Shown here: one piece after another, positions 19,662 to 30,915 of the stretch
Position numbering within the stretch: the stretch's first letter is position 1
How the letters are laid out: the number at the start of each line of letters is the position of its first letter
Source: an uncultured bacterium
GTDB taxonomy: Bacteria > Patescibacteriota > Saccharimonadia > UBA4664 > SCTI01
Direction: 5' to 3'
Assembly (NCBI GenBank): GCA_963721685.1
Contig: CAVRJJ010000001.1
Location: forward strand, 303,950-367,949
DNA length: 64,000 bases
The notes under the pieces: model-generated
Told to the model about the DNA's origin: nothing
The model's input: the letters and a program-made list of their open reading frames with translations, nothing else
Databases searched by the model: none
Made by a program: the position numbers and the translations under genes

Positions 19662-19694
19662 AAACAAAACAACGGCTTTTGGGCCGTTGTTTTG
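19662..19694. terminator. Bidirectional rho-independent-type hairpin immediately after the recO stop.
   Basis: AAACAAAACAACGGC-ttttgg-GCCGTTGTTTTGTTT is a perfect long inverted repeat with T/A-rich flanks. Confidence 0.6.
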
Positions 19695-19695
19695 T

Positions 19696-20415
19696 TTAGT
19701 TTAAGACTTCGGCCGACCGGAACCGCTTCCCAAAAGTGTAGTCATAAAAATCATTACAAACCGGCAAGGTGGCCGAGGCGAGCACATCGGCCTGTTCAAC
19801 CCGACGGATATCTTGAAGGCCGCGGTCAAGCATCAAGCGCCATAGTTTTATTTGGTCGTGGGAAAGCGCGCGGTTGCCCTGCGCGCTACAGCCCTGATCA
19901 ACAATCCCGCCTAGCTCAGTGTTAAAGAAATAGGCGCGGTTTGCGTCGGTGATATTGCAAACAATGCAGCCGCTCAGCTCCGGACGGTACCCCAAACGGT
20001 CCAACAACTGCAGCTTAAACCACAATTCCAGAACGGTATTGGGGTCTGACAATCCAAGGTAGGCCTCTTTCACCAGATCGAACAAGCCAGGATGAGGCTC
20101 TTCGTTGATGCACAGGCGGTTGACCATCTCGGCAAACAAATAGGCCAACCGCATACGTTCATAGTCGTCTGAGGTTGAGGGATGGTGCAGCAGCCGGGCA
20201 CTAGTAATGGTGTCCATACTGCGCCCTTCGGCTAACATGAGCTCGCTATGACAAAACAGTTCTAAGTGACCGGCCAGGCGGCTTTTAATCCGCCGCACCC
20301 CTTTGGCTACCCCACGGATAACCCCCCGTTCGGGCGTGAGCAAGACTATGACCCGATCGGCCTCGCCAAAATTGTGGCGGCCAAGGATAATTGCCTGGGT
20401 TGAATAGGTTGCCAT
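19696..20415 (-). CDS. recO: DNA repair protein RecO.
   Basis: RecO N-terminal OB fold (QAIILGRHNFGEADRVIVLLTPERGVIRGVAKG) and C-terminal region. Confidence 0.85.
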   Translation of the reverse strand: MATYSTQAIILGRHNFGEADRVIVLLTPERGVIRGVAKGVRRIKSRLAGHLELFCHSELMLAEGRSMDTITSARLLHHPSTSDDYERMRLAYLFAEMVNRLCINEEPHPGLFDLVKEAYLGLSDPNTVLELWFKLQLLDRLGYRPELSGCIVCNITDANRAYFFNTELGGIVDQGCSAQGNRALSHDQIKLWRLMLDRGLQDIRRVEQADVLASATLPVCNDFYDYTFGKRFRSAEVLN

Positions 20416-20448
20416 AGTGTTAGTTTACTAGGTTTGGACTGGAATTGG

Positions 20449-20823
20449 TTAAGCTAGCGCCTTCATTACCTTCTCAACCACTTCATCGGGGGTATGATGA
20501 GACTTAATGAGATAATCGTCAACGCCTAAGGCACGGGCCAGCTCCTGGTTCATGTCAACCTCTGCCTCGCCCAAGTTTGTTAACAGAATTACCGGAATAT
20601 TGCGCAGTTTGGGCTGCTTTTTAATTTCCTTTAGCACATGAAAGCCATTGAGCTTCGGCATAAGGATATCCAGCAAAATAATATCAGGTAGGTAACCTTC
20701 AAGCAGGTTTAAGCTTTCCTGGCCATTGTTCGCGACAACTATCTCATGACCTTCCAGCTCAAACTTTGCTTGGTACATCTCCACCAAAATGGCATCATCT
20801 TCTACTAACATTATTTTTGCCAT
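20449..20823 (-). CDS. Single-domain response regulator (CheY-like receiver).
   Basis: Receiver motifs are present (DD, D in ILLDILMP, T, K; 124 aa). Confidence 0.85.
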   Translation of the reverse strand: MAKIMLVEDDAILVEMYQAKFELEGHEIVVANNGQESLNLLEGYLPDIILLDILMPKLNGFHVLKEIKKQPKLRNIPVILLTNLGEAEVDMNQELARALGVDDYLIKSHHTPDEVVEKVMKALA

Positions 20824-20866
20824 GAATGTTTGTTCCCCTGTTTCAAGTTATTATACGCTACTCATT

Positions 20867-23254
20867 TTAATTTAATAAAGGCAGTTGTTTAGCCACAGGG
20901 AGAGAAAAACTAAAACGGCTGCCTTTGCCTTCGCGGCTGGTTACCCATATTCGTCCTCCGTGCGACTCAACCAGATTTTTTACGATATAAAGTCCCAGCC
21001 CGGTACCCCCCGCCTGCATACTCATCGGGTTATAAATGCGGCCGAACCGCTGGAAAAGGCGCTCAATATGGACGGCGGTAATGCCCACGCCCTGATCCTT
21101 AACGCTGGTGACCAACTCATTAGCATGGACCTTAAAATCTATGGTTACTTCGCTTTTCGGCAAAGAATACTTTATCGCGTTATCCACTAAGTTGGTCAGG
21201 ATTTGACGTAAACGGGTTTCATCGGCCAACACCAGCGGTAATTTTTGTTTGCGGCTGACTTTGAGCATAATTTGACGCTCAAACCCCTTTGAAGCCAGCT
21301 CGGAAACTACCTCGTTTATGACCGGCTCCATGGCAAGCGGCCCAACTTTTAAGCGGATCTTCCCGCTTTCAATATGGCTCATATCAAGGAGGTCTTCCAC
21401 CAAGCCAATCATGCGTTGGTTGGTCTGGTAGACCCGGTTCATAAAATGAAACTGCTTTTCGGTTAAAGTGCCGAAGTCTTGCTTGAGCAACATGCTGAGA
21501 AACCCTTTAATAGCGGTCAGCGGCGTGCGCAGTTCATGGGAAACAATTGAAATAAAGTCGCTTTTTACCGCTTCAATTTCCCGTTCTTTTTGAATGTTGC
21601 TGATAAGGGCAATCCCGCTGGTTACAACGTGGTCGTCATTATAAATCGGCGAGTAGCTGACTTCGGTCCAAATGGTTTGGCCGCTTTTTGACTGGATCAG
21701 TTGTTGGCGTTTAGTAACGACGTCCCCCTCATCTAATACCCGGCCGATTGGGGACATTGCAGAAAGGTCAAGGCCTTCCGGGGAAACCGTTTTAACCACA
21801 TCAATAAAACGCTTGCCCATAACTTCGTTCATGGACATACCGGTAATTTTGGCCGCGGCCGGATTAAACCCAACCACCCGGCCCTTGCGGTTAAAGACAA
21901 CAATTCCCTCTTCGGTAAATTTAAACACCGCCTCCCAGCGCTCGCGGCGGGAGTTAACTTCATTATATAGTTCCGCGTTTTCAATGAGCACCGCCAAGCG
22001 GTTCGCCACCAAACCGAGCAGCCGTTGGTCGTGGGCATCGTAAGGCCGCTGGCGGTGACTAACTACGAGGACACCCATAGACTTTGCTAAAAAGGTAACC
22101 GGAACAACTAATATATGCTCCGGGTTCATGTCTGTAGCATCCTTATCGGGAACCTGCATCTGGGCCTTCCGCCGAACAAACGCCTGAGCGATGGGACTCA
22201 CGTCGTCAAGCGGCAAACTTGGCGGGTGCTCATTGAACTCGGTGGAGGTTGCCACCCGCTTAAGACGCTGCTTCTGAGGTTCATGCAGATATATGCTGGC
22301 GTGGTTTGACTGAAGGAGCGAGTTGACCACCGTCAAATATTTTTTATAAATCTTATCAAACCGGAAACCAACAAAGTCACCCAATTCAGCCAGACTGGTA
22401 AGCTCCCGCGAATGTTTACTGGCCAACCGTGCCATTTCATTGGCTTCAATGGTTTTGTTCACCAACGAGGTCACATCCCGGGTGGTAATAATGGTGCCTT
22501 CATCGCCTTCGTTGCTATCAATCGGGCAGGCAACGAGCTGGAGATGCTGAATCCGGTCTTTAAAAGCTATTTCAGCGTAAAAAGTAACTTCACGACCTTT
22601 TTTTACCTGGCGCAGAACGTCAACAATATCCATATCCAGGAGCATTTGCTGGTTTAAGGGTGCTTCCTTGAGCGCGGTAATTATGGAGCGGTCGGTGAGC
22701 GCCTGATTAAGCTGAGGCGATCGCGAACTTATTGAGGTCACAATATTATTGGCATCCAACATAATAACGCCAATGCTATGGCTCTGCTGAACAATCCGCA
22801 TTTTTTCCTGTTCAGCGTAAACCTGTGTCTGGTCATGCAGGCTAATGAGGGTACCAATAATTGACCGGTCGGGGCTATAGTAAGGACCCAGCAAAACCTC
22901 AAGCACTGTTTGTGTGCCTGGGCGAACCAAGCTTACCACCAGCCGGCTCGAATGGCCGTGGAGCGCCTCGCGGTGGGCCGCGGCAGCGTCACCTTCAACA
23001 TGAATCGACGCGTCCGCGTAACCAAAGTCATTGAATTCCTCGATCACCTTCATCAGTGGTTGACCGATCGCTGTTTCGCTCATCCCAATAAGCCCCGACG
23101 CCGCGCTGTTGATGTACTGGATTTGGCCATCCCGGCTAACCAGAATCAACCCGTCTTGCATGCTCTCCCAAATTTGATCTACATCGAGCTTGGCGGCAAC
23201 TGGTGTTGCCATGGCGGCATCATGAAATCTCGGTTTGTGTTGCGCCATGTTCAC
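20867..23254 (-). CDS. Multi-sensor (PAS/GAF) histidine kinase.
   Basis: H-box HELRTPLTAIKGF and an HATPase_c region (N, G1, G2 boxes), with several PAS/GAF-like N-terminal repeats. Confidence 0.85.
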   Translation of the reverse strand: MNMAQHKPRFHDAAMATPVAAKLDVDQIWESMQDGLILVSRDGQIQYINSAASGLIGMSETAIGQPLMKVIEEFNDFGYADASIHVEGDAAAAHREALHGHSSRLVVSLVRPGTQTVLEVLLGPYYSPDRSIIGTLISLHDQTQVYAEQEKMRIVQQSHSIGVIMLDANNIVTSISSRSPQLNQALTDRSIITALKEAPLNQQMLLDMDIVDVLRQVKKGREVTFYAEIAFKDRIQHLQLVACPIDSNEGDEGTIITTRDVTSLVNKTIEANEMARLASKHSRELTSLAELGDFVGFRFDKIYKKYLTVVNSLLQSNHASIYLHEPQKQRLKRVATSTEFNEHPPSLPLDDVSPIAQAFVRRKAQMQVPDKDATDMNPEHILVVPVTFLAKSMGVLVVSHRQRPYDAHDQRLLGLVANRLAVLIENAELYNEVNSRRERWEAVFKFTEEGIVVFNRKGRVVGFNPAAAKITGMSMNEVMGKRFIDVVKTVSPEGLDLSAMSPIGRVLDEGDVVTKRQQLIQSKSGQTIWTEVSYSPIYNDDHVVTSGIALISNIQKEREIEAVKSDFISIVSHELRTPLTAIKGFLSMLLKQDFGTLTEKQFHFMNRVYQTNQRMIGLVEDLLDMSHIESGKIRLKVGPLAMEPVINEVVSELASKGFERQIMLKVSRKQKLPLVLADETRLRQILTNLVDNAIKYSLPKSEVTIDFKVHANELVTSVKDQGVGITAVHIERLFQRFGRIYNPMSMQAGGTGLGLYIVKNLVESHGGRIWVTSREGKGSRFSFSLPVAKQLPLLN

Positions 23255-23311
23255 CCATACTTAGTAGTCCTAAGGTAGCATGTGACCAGATAGCGACTCA
23301 AGCATAAGGGA

Positions 23312-23965
23312 TTAAGGAACTATCTTTGCTGTCTCTAGAATTTTATTAAATTCATTTAGGAAGTTTCGGGTTTCGGTAGAGATAACCAGGGTCTTGTCCC
23401 GAACCGGAAGTACCACCACCACGCCATTGTGCCGCTGCTGGTCAATCGCGCCCTCAAACCACGTTCCCCTAATGCCGGAAACGGTAACCGCTTTTGAGCC
23501 TAATGTTTTATTTTTTATGTTTTTCTCAAACGTCTTACTAACTGCATTCAATGATTGTTTGCGAAGCTGCAAATGAAAGGCATGGGTATTAACCGCACCC
23601 GATCCTTGGTTTACTACAACCACATCCGGATTAGCGGCCAGATCTAACTGAACGGTCGCCGAAACCCCGTTGGCCGTGTATAAACTCCAGTTTTTTGGTA
23701 TTTGAAGCTGAAAGCCTCCGTTTAACGGCTCCGCCACATAGGTACGGTAAGGCTCTTCATTGGCTTTTATATGCGCCAGGTCGTCTGCTTGCTTCTGCTT
23801 CGCGGCCGCCTCAGCCGCCGCCTTAGCGTTAAGCTGGGACAGATTGGTTTTAATGTACGTATTATCGCGGTAAGCGATTACCGCTAAAACTCCAAATAGC
23901 ACCATTCCTACACCTAAAAAGATGGTAAGGACAAGATGAAGATTAATTTCCCCGCGCTGTGTCAT
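23312..23965 (-). CDS. Hypothetical membrane-anchored (N-terminal TM) extracytoplasmic protein.
   Basis: The ORF has an N-terminal TM helix and no recognisable domain. Confidence 0.4.
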   Translation of the reverse strand: MTQRGEINLHLVLTIFLGVGMVLFGVLAVIAYRDNTYIKTNLSQLNAKAAAEAAAKQKQADDLAHIKANEEPYRTYVAEPLNGGFQLQIPKNWSLYTANGVSATVQLDLAANPDVVVVNQGSGAVNTHAFHLQLRKQSLNAVSKTFEKNIKNKTLGSKAVTVSGIRGTWFEGAIDQQRHNGVVVVLPVRDKTLVISTETRNFLNEFNKILETAKIVP

Positions 23966-24193
23966 TATGCTTATGGTTATACCACAAAAGGCACGTGCCG
24001 TGCAAATATAAGATACCTTGGCACGCAGCGATTTTAAGCGCGGCTCTTAAATATGCAGTAATAGTGGCTGTAGGATACTATTATCCGGTTAAATTTATAT
24101 TAAAAGTGCTTAAATATAGTATCCTACGGCTACTATTTCCTAATATGAATGCCTGGATGGGTTGCCAAGCGTGAAGCAGGTTTACCTACACTC

Positions 24194-24679
24194 CTAAGGA
24201 TAGCGGTAGAGCCACGTATTATACGTTTTCGCAACCGGTTTGCGCGGCATTTTAAAAATATAGCTAACAACCTTTGTCGGGCGGGTTAGCTCCGATGTTA
24301 ATTTTGTATCCAAGCGGGCGGTGTACCGGTCAAGTAGGAAGGTGTAGATAACATCAGCCGGCGGCAGCAGAGTTTGCCAATAATCTCTTAAATGAATAGT
24401 AACGTTGTGGCGATACGGCCAGGTACGTATTAATGATACCAAGAATAACAGCGGGTTAATTTCGTAGCCAATGGCATGGGCACCGCGGCGGGCGGCTGCC
24501 AGCAAAATCCTGCCATCTCCTGATCCTAAATCGATAATTGTTTGTCCGGACTTTAGTTTAGCTAAATCCAGGGCCGCCTGAACGTCAGGGTTGCGGATTG
24601 GTAAGTACGGCGCGCCCATAACCGCCCCTAGCCCAAAACAGCCGACGACGGCGGTTATAAGCCAAAACCATTCGTTCAT
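24194..24679 (-). CDS. Class I SAM-dependent methyltransferase (small).
   Basis: Motif I IIDLGSGDGRILLAAARRG is present, with an N-terminal TM/signal. Confidence 0.6.
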   Translation of the reverse strand: MNEWFWLITAVVGCFGLGAVMGAPYLPIRNPDVQAALDLAKLKSGQTIIDLGSGDGRILLAAARRGAHAIGYEINPLLFLVSLIRTWPYRHNVTIHLRDYWQTLLPPADVIYTFLLDRYTARLDTKLTSELTRPTKVVSYIFKMPRKPVAKTYNTWLYRYP

Positions 24680-24930
24680 AATTGCGGCGGCGGCTCAGGA
24701 CTCGTTTCATGGTCGGGGGCTGGCCCGTCAAACTTGGCCCGGATCTTTTGCACCCGGTTCTCAACAACTTGTAGCTGTTGTTTTAGTTCCTCGGTTAGCT
24801 CCATCCCCCGCTCAAACTTCGCTAAGGCCTGGTTTAAATCCACCTCTCCGGATTCAAACCATTCAGTAATTGCCTCAAGCTCTTTGAGTTTGGCGGTAAA
24901 ATCGGAGGAAGGTTTATGTTCTGCGCTCAT
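24676..24930 (-). CDS. xseB: Exodeoxyribonuclease VII small subunit.
   Basis: 84 aa carrying the XseB motif (FEESLAKLEEIVxxLExGELxLEESL-like). Confidence 0.85.
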   Translation of the reverse strand: MSAEHKPSSDFTAKLKELEAITEWFESGEVDLNQALAKFERGMELTEELKQQLQVVENRVQKIRAKFDGPAPDHETSPEPPPQL

Positions 24931-26137
24931 GTTCCACCTTGGTTGTTAGGTTGCCTTCGGCCAATTGTACCATGAGTAAATCACCAGTCGACACTTGCTT
25001 CGCTTCCCGTAAAACTTCGTCATTATGCCTCACAATCGCGTAGCCGCGCTTCAGCGTAGCGGCCGGATTAAAGCTTGCCAGCAGCCGTTCAAGACTTACC
25101 AGCTTGTGCAGAGCTTGCGAAGTTAATAAGTGCTCAGACTGAAGCAGCCGTTGCCGAAGCGTCTGCAAGCGCGCTTGGGGAAGCCGCACAAACCGCTCGA
25201 GCCGGCCGGCATGCCGGTCAAGGACATGATGGCGCAAAGCGATCTGGCTGGTTATCGTTTGGTATAGATGGTTCTGGCGGTGAGTAATATCTTGTAAAAT
25301 CTGGTTGCGGTCGGGCACCACCAACCGCGCAGCGTCGGTGGGGGTAGCTGCCCTCAGGTCGGCGGCAAAATCCGCCAGGCTGACATCTACCTCATGCCCC
25401 ACCCCTACTAGGGTTGGCGTCCGGCTGCCCGCAATTGCCCGTGCGACATCTTCGGTGTTAAACGCCTGGAGATCCTCTAAGCTGCCGCCGCCGCGAATAA
25501 TTACTAGCACGTCCACCGGCGCGGATAGTTGGTTGAAGTGCGTCACCGCGTTCACAATTTGGACAGGGGCGGCCGCGCCTTGCACCTGCACATCAGCCAA
25601 CTGGATATCGAGCCCACCCCACCGGGACTGGATAATTTTAATAAAATCAGCGTAAGCTGCCGACTGGCCGGACGTTACAAGGCCAATCGTTCGAGGGAAC
25701 GCTGGCAGTACGCGTTTACGCTCAGCCGCGAACAGCCCCTCCTTCTCTAGTTTAGCTTTGAGCAGCTGAAAAGCCCGCTTTAGCTCCCCTTCCCCCGCTA
25801 GTGCAATGCTTTTAGCGGTAAAGCTGAATTTCCCCCAGTTGGTGATTTTCGGGACGCCGGTTACCCGCACCTTCATACCATCTTCCAGCGGTACCTTCAG
25901 CTGGTAAAGCGGCATAAAACACGGCAAGGTCGCGTCTTCATCCTTAAGATCAAAGAACACCCACTTGCCTTGGTTCACTTTAAAACTGGAAACCTCCCCT
26001 TCAACAATCACCGACGGAAAAGCAAAGTTCAGGGTTTCATTTAAAACTCCAAGAAAGGCTTTAACGCCTATGATTTGGTCGGTTGGCGGCATAGGTTTAT
26101 TATACGGCACTAAGCTGCTGCCCGGGGTAAGGTACAA
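24914..26137 (-). CDS. xseA: Exodeoxyribonuclease VII large subunit.
   Basis: OB-fold N-terminus plus an XseA catalytic region; overlaps xseB. Confidence 0.85.
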   Translation of the reverse strand: MYLTPGSSLVPYNKPMPPTDQIIGVKAFLGVLNETLNFAFPSVIVEGEVSSFKVNQGKWVFFDLKDEDATLPCFMPLYQLKVPLEDGMKVRVTGVPKITNWGKFSFTAKSIALAGEGELKRAFQLLKAKLEKEGLFAAERKRVLPAFPRTIGLVTSGQSAAYADFIKIIQSRWGGLDIQLADVQVQGAAAPVQIVNAVTHFNQLSAPVDVLVIIRGGGSLEDLQAFNTEDVARAIAGSRTPTLVGVGHEVDVSLADFAADLRAATPTDAARLVVPDRNQILQDITHRQNHLYQTITSQIALRHHVLDRHAGRLERFVRLPQARLQTLRQRLLQSEHLLTSQALHKLVSLERLLASFNPAATLKRGYAIVRHNDEVLREAKQVSTGDLLMVQLAEGNLTTKVEHERRT

Positions 26138-26145
26138 TTAAGCCC

Positions 26146-27273
26146 ATGCATTACTTAGCAATCTTGGGAAGACAGCCGGAGTTTGGCCTGGTTGAGCTTG
26201 AGTCGCTCATAGGGTCCGGAGGGTTAACCCCGTTTGGCAAGGCCGCGGCGGTACTTGACCGCGAACTGGATTTAAACCGGTTGGGCGGCACCCAAAAATT
26301 GGGGCGTGTCCTCTACCGCGGACCGGTACGCGATTTAAATGAAACTCCGCTTTCCCTTGATGACCTGCCTTTACGCACCGCCAAAACCAGTTTTGGCTTG
26401 AGTTATTACGGCTCCGGCTTTACCCAGCGATATGTTATGGCGGCCGGGCTTACGCTAAAAAAACGTTTGCGCTCAAAGGGCTCAATGCGCTTTGTCGTTC
26501 CTCAAGTTGGCACCCACTTAACGGCCGCGCAAGTCAAGTTTAATAGCTTAATTCGTGATGGGTTTGAGCTGATGGTCGCCACCCATAAAGGCGAAATGAT
26601 TATTGCCCAAACCGAGCAAATCCAGGACATCGACTGGTACGCCGTGCGAGACTACCAGCGACCTACCCGCAGCGCCTCAGTTGGCATGCTCCCGCCAAAG
26701 CTGGCCCAAATTTTAGTCAACACCACCACGGCCCCGTTGGTTTATGACCCGTTTGCCGGCACCGGCGTTATCTTACAGGAAGCACTTCTATTAGGGCGGT
26801 CGGCTCGCGGGTCAGACCTTTCACCCGAAATGATTGAGGCCACCAAAGAAAACCTCACGTGGCTCGGAACCCAACGCCCGGATTTGCGCCCGTGGTCGGT
26901 AGAGCTGGCTGACGCCCAGACCCTGGCCCTGCCCGATGAGCCGTTAGCAATCGTCAGCGAAGGTTACTTAGGTCCTAATATGAGCAAGCAGCCGATCCCA
27001 GCCGATATTACCCGTTTGCGCGCTGAGCTCGGGGAACTTTACTTGAAAAGCCTCATCAACTGGGCCAAGCAGCTGCCAAGCGGAGCTGAGGTCAGCATTA
27101 CCGTGCCCATGTGGCGGACACGGGAGGGCTGGCAGAACCTGGATATTATTGACCGTTTACCTGGTTTAGGCTATAATTTGGAAAGTTTCAAGCATGCTGA
27201 TAGCCGAAAGCTCGACTATCACCGCCCCAACCAAATTGTGGGGCGCCAGCTATTAATATTGAGGAAGCAGTAA
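26146..27273 (+). CDS. Putative RNA (N2-guanine/N6-adenine) methyltransferase, UPF0020/THUMP-associated class.
   Basis: DPFAGTGVILQEA is an RlmL/Trm-type motif I-like (DPFCGSGT). Confidence 0.5.
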   Translation: MHYLAILGRQPEFGLVELESLIGSGGLTPFGKAAAVLDRELDLNRLGGTQKLGRVLYRGPVRDLNETPLSLDDLPLRTAKTSFGLSYYGSGFTQRYVMAAGLTLKKRLRSKGSMRFVVPQVGTHLTAAQVKFNSLIRDGFELMVATHKGEMIIAQTEQIQDIDWYAVRDYQRPTRSASVGMLPPKLAQILVNTTTAPLVYDPFAGTGVILQEALLLGRSARGSDLSPEMIEATKENLTWLGTQRPDLRPWSVELADAQTLALPDEPLAIVSEGYLGPNMSKQPIPADITRLRAELGELYLKSLINWAKQLPSGAEVSITVPMWRTREGWQNLDIIDRLPGLGYNLESFKHADSRKLDYHRPNQIVGRQLLILRKQ

Positions 27274-27546
27274 ATGTCGCATACAAAAGCCGGTGGCTCG
27301 TCCAAAAATATTCATGATTCAGCGGGTAAGCGCCTAGGCGTTAAGCTGTTTGGCGGCGAAGAAGTCCGCGGCGGCAACATCATTGTCCGTCAGCGCGGTA
27401 CCCGCATGGAGCCAGGCGCGGGAACAGCCTTAGGCAGCGACCAGACCATTTACGCAACCAAAAGCGGCCACGTTTCGTTCACCCAAAAACAGGTTACCAA
27501 GTTTACCGGCCAAAAAGTCCGCCGGACGTTTGTTACTGTTAAATAA
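27274..27546 (+). CDS. rpmA: 50S ribosomal protein L27.
   Basis: [24 protein letters not shown]...[19 protein letters not shown] is L27. Confidence 0.9.
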   Translation: MSHTKAGGSSKNIHDSAGKRLGVKLFGGEEVRGGNIIVRQRGTRMEPGAGTALGSDQTIYATKSGHVSFTQKQVTKFTGQKVRRTFVTVK

Positions 27547-27564
27547 CAACCTGCCGAATCTCAC

Positions 27565-29185
27565 TCAGCTATTTGCAATAATGGCTTGAATAAATGCCCC
27601 AAATAAGGCGTTTGGTTTGCCCGGCCGTGAAGTAAATTCCGGATGGAACTGACTGGCCACGAAGAAGGGATGATTTTCTAATTCAATAACTTCCACCAGC
27701 TTATTATCCGGCGAAGTACCAACAATTTTGAGGCCAGCCCCGGCTAACTGGTCGCGATACTCGTTATTAAACTCATATCGATGGCGATGGCGCTCGTTAA
27801 TTTCATTGGTGCCGTAAGCGGCGTGGGCTTTTGACCCTTCGACTAGCTTGCAGGGATAATTACCGAGCCGCATGGTTCCACCCTTGTCCACGACTTGGCG
27901 CTGCTCATCCATCAGGGCAATTACCGGGTGCTTAGTGTCGGCATTGATCTCAGTCGTGTTGGCGCTAGAATCATTTAACGCCTCGCGCGCTACCGCGATA
28001 ACCGCCACTTGCATACCTAAGCACAAACCCAGATACGGCACCTTATGCTCGCGCGCCCAGGCAGCCGCCTTAATCTTACCCTCCACGCCCCTTGAGCCAA
28101 AGCCGCCCGGTACAATAATGCCGTCCAGCCCTTCCAGCAAGCCGTTAGGACCGTCCTGTTCAACTTTCTCGGCATCAACCCAAACAATCTCCGGTCCTCG
28201 CCCGTGGGCCCAGGCAGCCGCCTTGATGGCCTCGGTTACGCTCATATAGGTATCCTCATGGTCCATATACTTGGCCACAATGCCAATCCGGACAGGAGGT
28301 TTAGCCGAATCAAAAATGATATCATTGAGTTTTTGCCAGGAGGATATGTCGGCTTTCTCGGTAGTAATGCCAAACCGTTTGCACGCATAATCAGCAATGC
28401 CGCTGGCTTCTAGGGTTAATGGTACTTGGTACACACTTTTAGCGGTGGGCAACGCCACAATTGCTTCTTTATCCAAATCGCAGAACAAGCTAATTTTGGT
28501 TAGCACATGGTCGCTGACCTCGCGCTCGGCCCGGGCAAAAATAATATCGGTCGGAACGCCAGCTGCCCTAAGGTCTCGAACGGTGTTCTGAGCCGGTTTG
28601 GTTTTTAATTCTTTGCTAGCTTCCAAGTAAGGCAAGTACACCACATGGGCGTTTAACACATTTTCAGCGCCCACCCGGCGCCGGAACTGGCGAATCGCGT
28701 CAAGAAAAGCCAGGCTTTCATAGTCACCAACGGTTCCCCCAATCTCCACAATATGCACATCAAAACCCTTACCCGCGGCTTCAATGCGGGCTTGGATGGC
28801 ATCGGTAACATGAGGAATAATTTGAACAGTTTTACCCAGGTACCGTCCGCTGCGTTCATCAGCAATTAATTGAGCGTAAATTTGACCGTTCATAACTGAG
28901 CTGCTGCGAGTTAGTTCAGCGTCCAAAAAGCGTTCATAGTGACCCAGATCTAAATCGGTTTCGGCGCCATCTTTGGTAACGAAAACCTCACCGTGTTCAG
29001 CCGGGTTAAGGGTTCCCGCGTCGGTGTTGAGGTAAGGGTCACATTTCATAATGTTAACCTTTAAGCCCGCGTGCTTTCAGGAGTGAACCAAGTGCCGCTC
29101 CGGTAATGCCTTTACCTAGTCCGGATAATACCCCGCCGGTTACAAACAGGTATTTGGTTGGACTGGTTGTTTGAGGTTCTGCCAC
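27565..29185 (-). CDS. pyrG: CTP synthase PyrG, interrupted by an apparent +1 frameshift near 29054-29062. The N-terminal 43 codons start at a GTG at 29185 with an AAGGAGA RBS; the C-terminal 494 codons follow.
   Basis: The C-terminal ORF begins ...[19 protein letters not shown] when read back in frame. The upstream fragment (V)[42 protein letters not shown] is the PyrG P-loop N-terminus in another frame. Confidence 0.85.
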
Positions 29186-29275
29186 ACCTGTCTCCTTTGG
29201 CCACCATAAGCAGTAATTACTCTATCTATACTACTGTACCAGGTTGAATGCGACAAGCCGGGCTCGCATCAATTA

Positions 29276-29716
29276 CTAGTTTACGCCGGTACTGCCAAAC
29301 CCGCCGCGGCTGGTATTTTCCAGCGAGTCCACTTCTATCACATCAACCTCTTGGGGCAAGCCCACAATAACCAACTGGGCAATGCGGGTACCGCGAGTAA
29401 CCGTTACCGGTACATCCTTGGTATTAAATAGTGCCGCGTGATATTCATCTTCATCGCCTTGGTAGTCATGGTCAATCACCCCAATACCGTTAGCAGGCAT
29501 CAGTCCCTGTTTATGCAGCGAGCTGCGGACCGCCAGCAAGCCCCAGTACCCTTCGGGCAGTTCAATGGCAACATTTAACGGGACCAGCTTAAATCCGCTC
29601 GGAGGGATTTCCGTGTCTACCCGGGCGCAAAGATCATAAGCGGCGGCACCGGCTGTTTTGCGCTCCGGCAAAGGCAGGTCGGGGTCAAAGCGCTTTACTT
29701 TTAAGCTCAGGGACAT
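29276..29716 (-). CDS. dut: dUTP diphosphatase.
   Basis: dUTPase motifs (AAYDL, GIGVIDHDYQGD, RGGFGSTG). Confidence 0.85.
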   Translation of the reverse strand: MSLSLKVKRFDPDLPLPERKTAGAAAYDLCARVDTEIPPSGFKLVPLNVAIELPEGYWGLLAVRSSLHKQGLMPANGIGVIDHDYQGDEDEYHAALFNTKDVPVTVTRGTRIAQLVIVGLPQEVDVIEVDSLENTSRGGFGSTGVN

Positions 29717-29724
29717 AGCCGGGA

Positions 29725-30892
29725 CTACCGCTTTAATTCCTGCAGCGCACGGTCCAACTGTGGATCGCGGCCAGCGCTAAAGTCCTCAGGCGTTTGTTTA
29801 ACTTCAATGTCCGGCTTGATCCCAACCTTATCAATACCCTTGCCGCTGGGAGTAAACCAATGGGCTACGGTAATTTTAACCTGGGCACCGCCATCCAACT
29901 TTATTACTTCTTGGACACTGCCTTTGCCAAAACTCTTTTCGCCAATAAGCTTGGCCTTGATGTTATCACGTAACGCCCCCGCCACAATTTCACTTGCCGA
30001 TGCGCTGCCGCCATTAATTAATACCACTACCGGCAGCCCTTCAAGCGCCCCATTACCGGTACTGGTAAGTTTCGTCTGGCTGCGGCCATTCTTGCGTTCA
30101 TCCACTACCACCTTGCCCGCCGGTACAAACTGGCTTACCACGTCTACCGCCGCCGACAAGTAGCCGCCCGGATCATTTCGGACATCCAATACAATTCCCT
30201 TTACTCCCTGGGCTTTAAGCTCGCTAGCAGCCTTATTCATTTTTTCCGAGGTGTCGTCGCCAAAGGTAGAAATTTTAATATAACCAATACCGCCTTCTTT
30301 CATGCTCCAGGTCACACTTGGTACATCAATAACCTCCCGGGTAATCGTTAAGCTCCAACGGTTGGTTGCTGCCGCGTAGTACCGTTAAGGTTACCTTGGT
30401 ACCGGCCTTGCCCCGGATCTTTGCGACCGCTTCGTCGACGGTGTAGGAGGAAGTATCTTTTTTATTAATTCCGGCAATATAATCCCCGGCACGTAAACCG
30501 GCTTTTTCAGCTGGCGCTCCGGCAATCGGGGAAATTACGGTGAGCTTGTTGTTTCGAATACCGATTTCCGCGCCAATACCCGAAAGGGTGCCGCTTAACT
30601 GGTCCTGCAAATCCTTAGCGTCTGAGGCATCCAAGTAAACCGTGTAGGGGTCCCCGGTGGAGCTTATTAAACCGGCCCGGGCTCCATCCAAGACTTTAGC
30701 GCTATCGATTTTACCGTCATACCGGCGTTGCAACAAATCGTAGGTATCGTTTAAGCTTTCAAAATCCAAAGGCTGATGCCCAATTGACCAGGTATGAGGA
30801 ATGACTTTAGGCGCGGCTTGGCCGCCTACAAAAGCAATACCGGCAACCAGTATCGGCACAATAAGCCCTAATTTACGACCGCGTCGCTCCAA
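29725..30892 (-). CDS. C-terminal processing (S41, Ctp/Prc-like) peptidase. Its PDZ domain (30326-30892) and S41 catalytic domain (29725-30315) are in different frames, a +1 frameshift near 30345-30352.
   Basis: One frame gives PDZ (GIGAEIGIRNNKLTVISPIAGAPAEKAGLRAGDYI). The other gives S41 (IGYIKISTF...VLINGGSASASEIVAGAL...EKSFGKGSVQ). Confidence 0.8.
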
Positions 30893-30915
30893 TGTTCCTC
30901 CTGACTTTGCTTACA

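Noticed and set aside
19443-19700. Full-length tmRNA (ssrA) hypothesis for the tRNA-like element.
   Set aside because: The 5' GGGG acceptor strand and the 3' T-arm/CCA lie only about 50 nt apart, and the upstream space to the recO terminator is too short and contains no tag-peptide frame. A plus-strand GGGGTGTTGATTCTCG at 19641 resembles a tmRNA 5' end but has no matching 3' partner.
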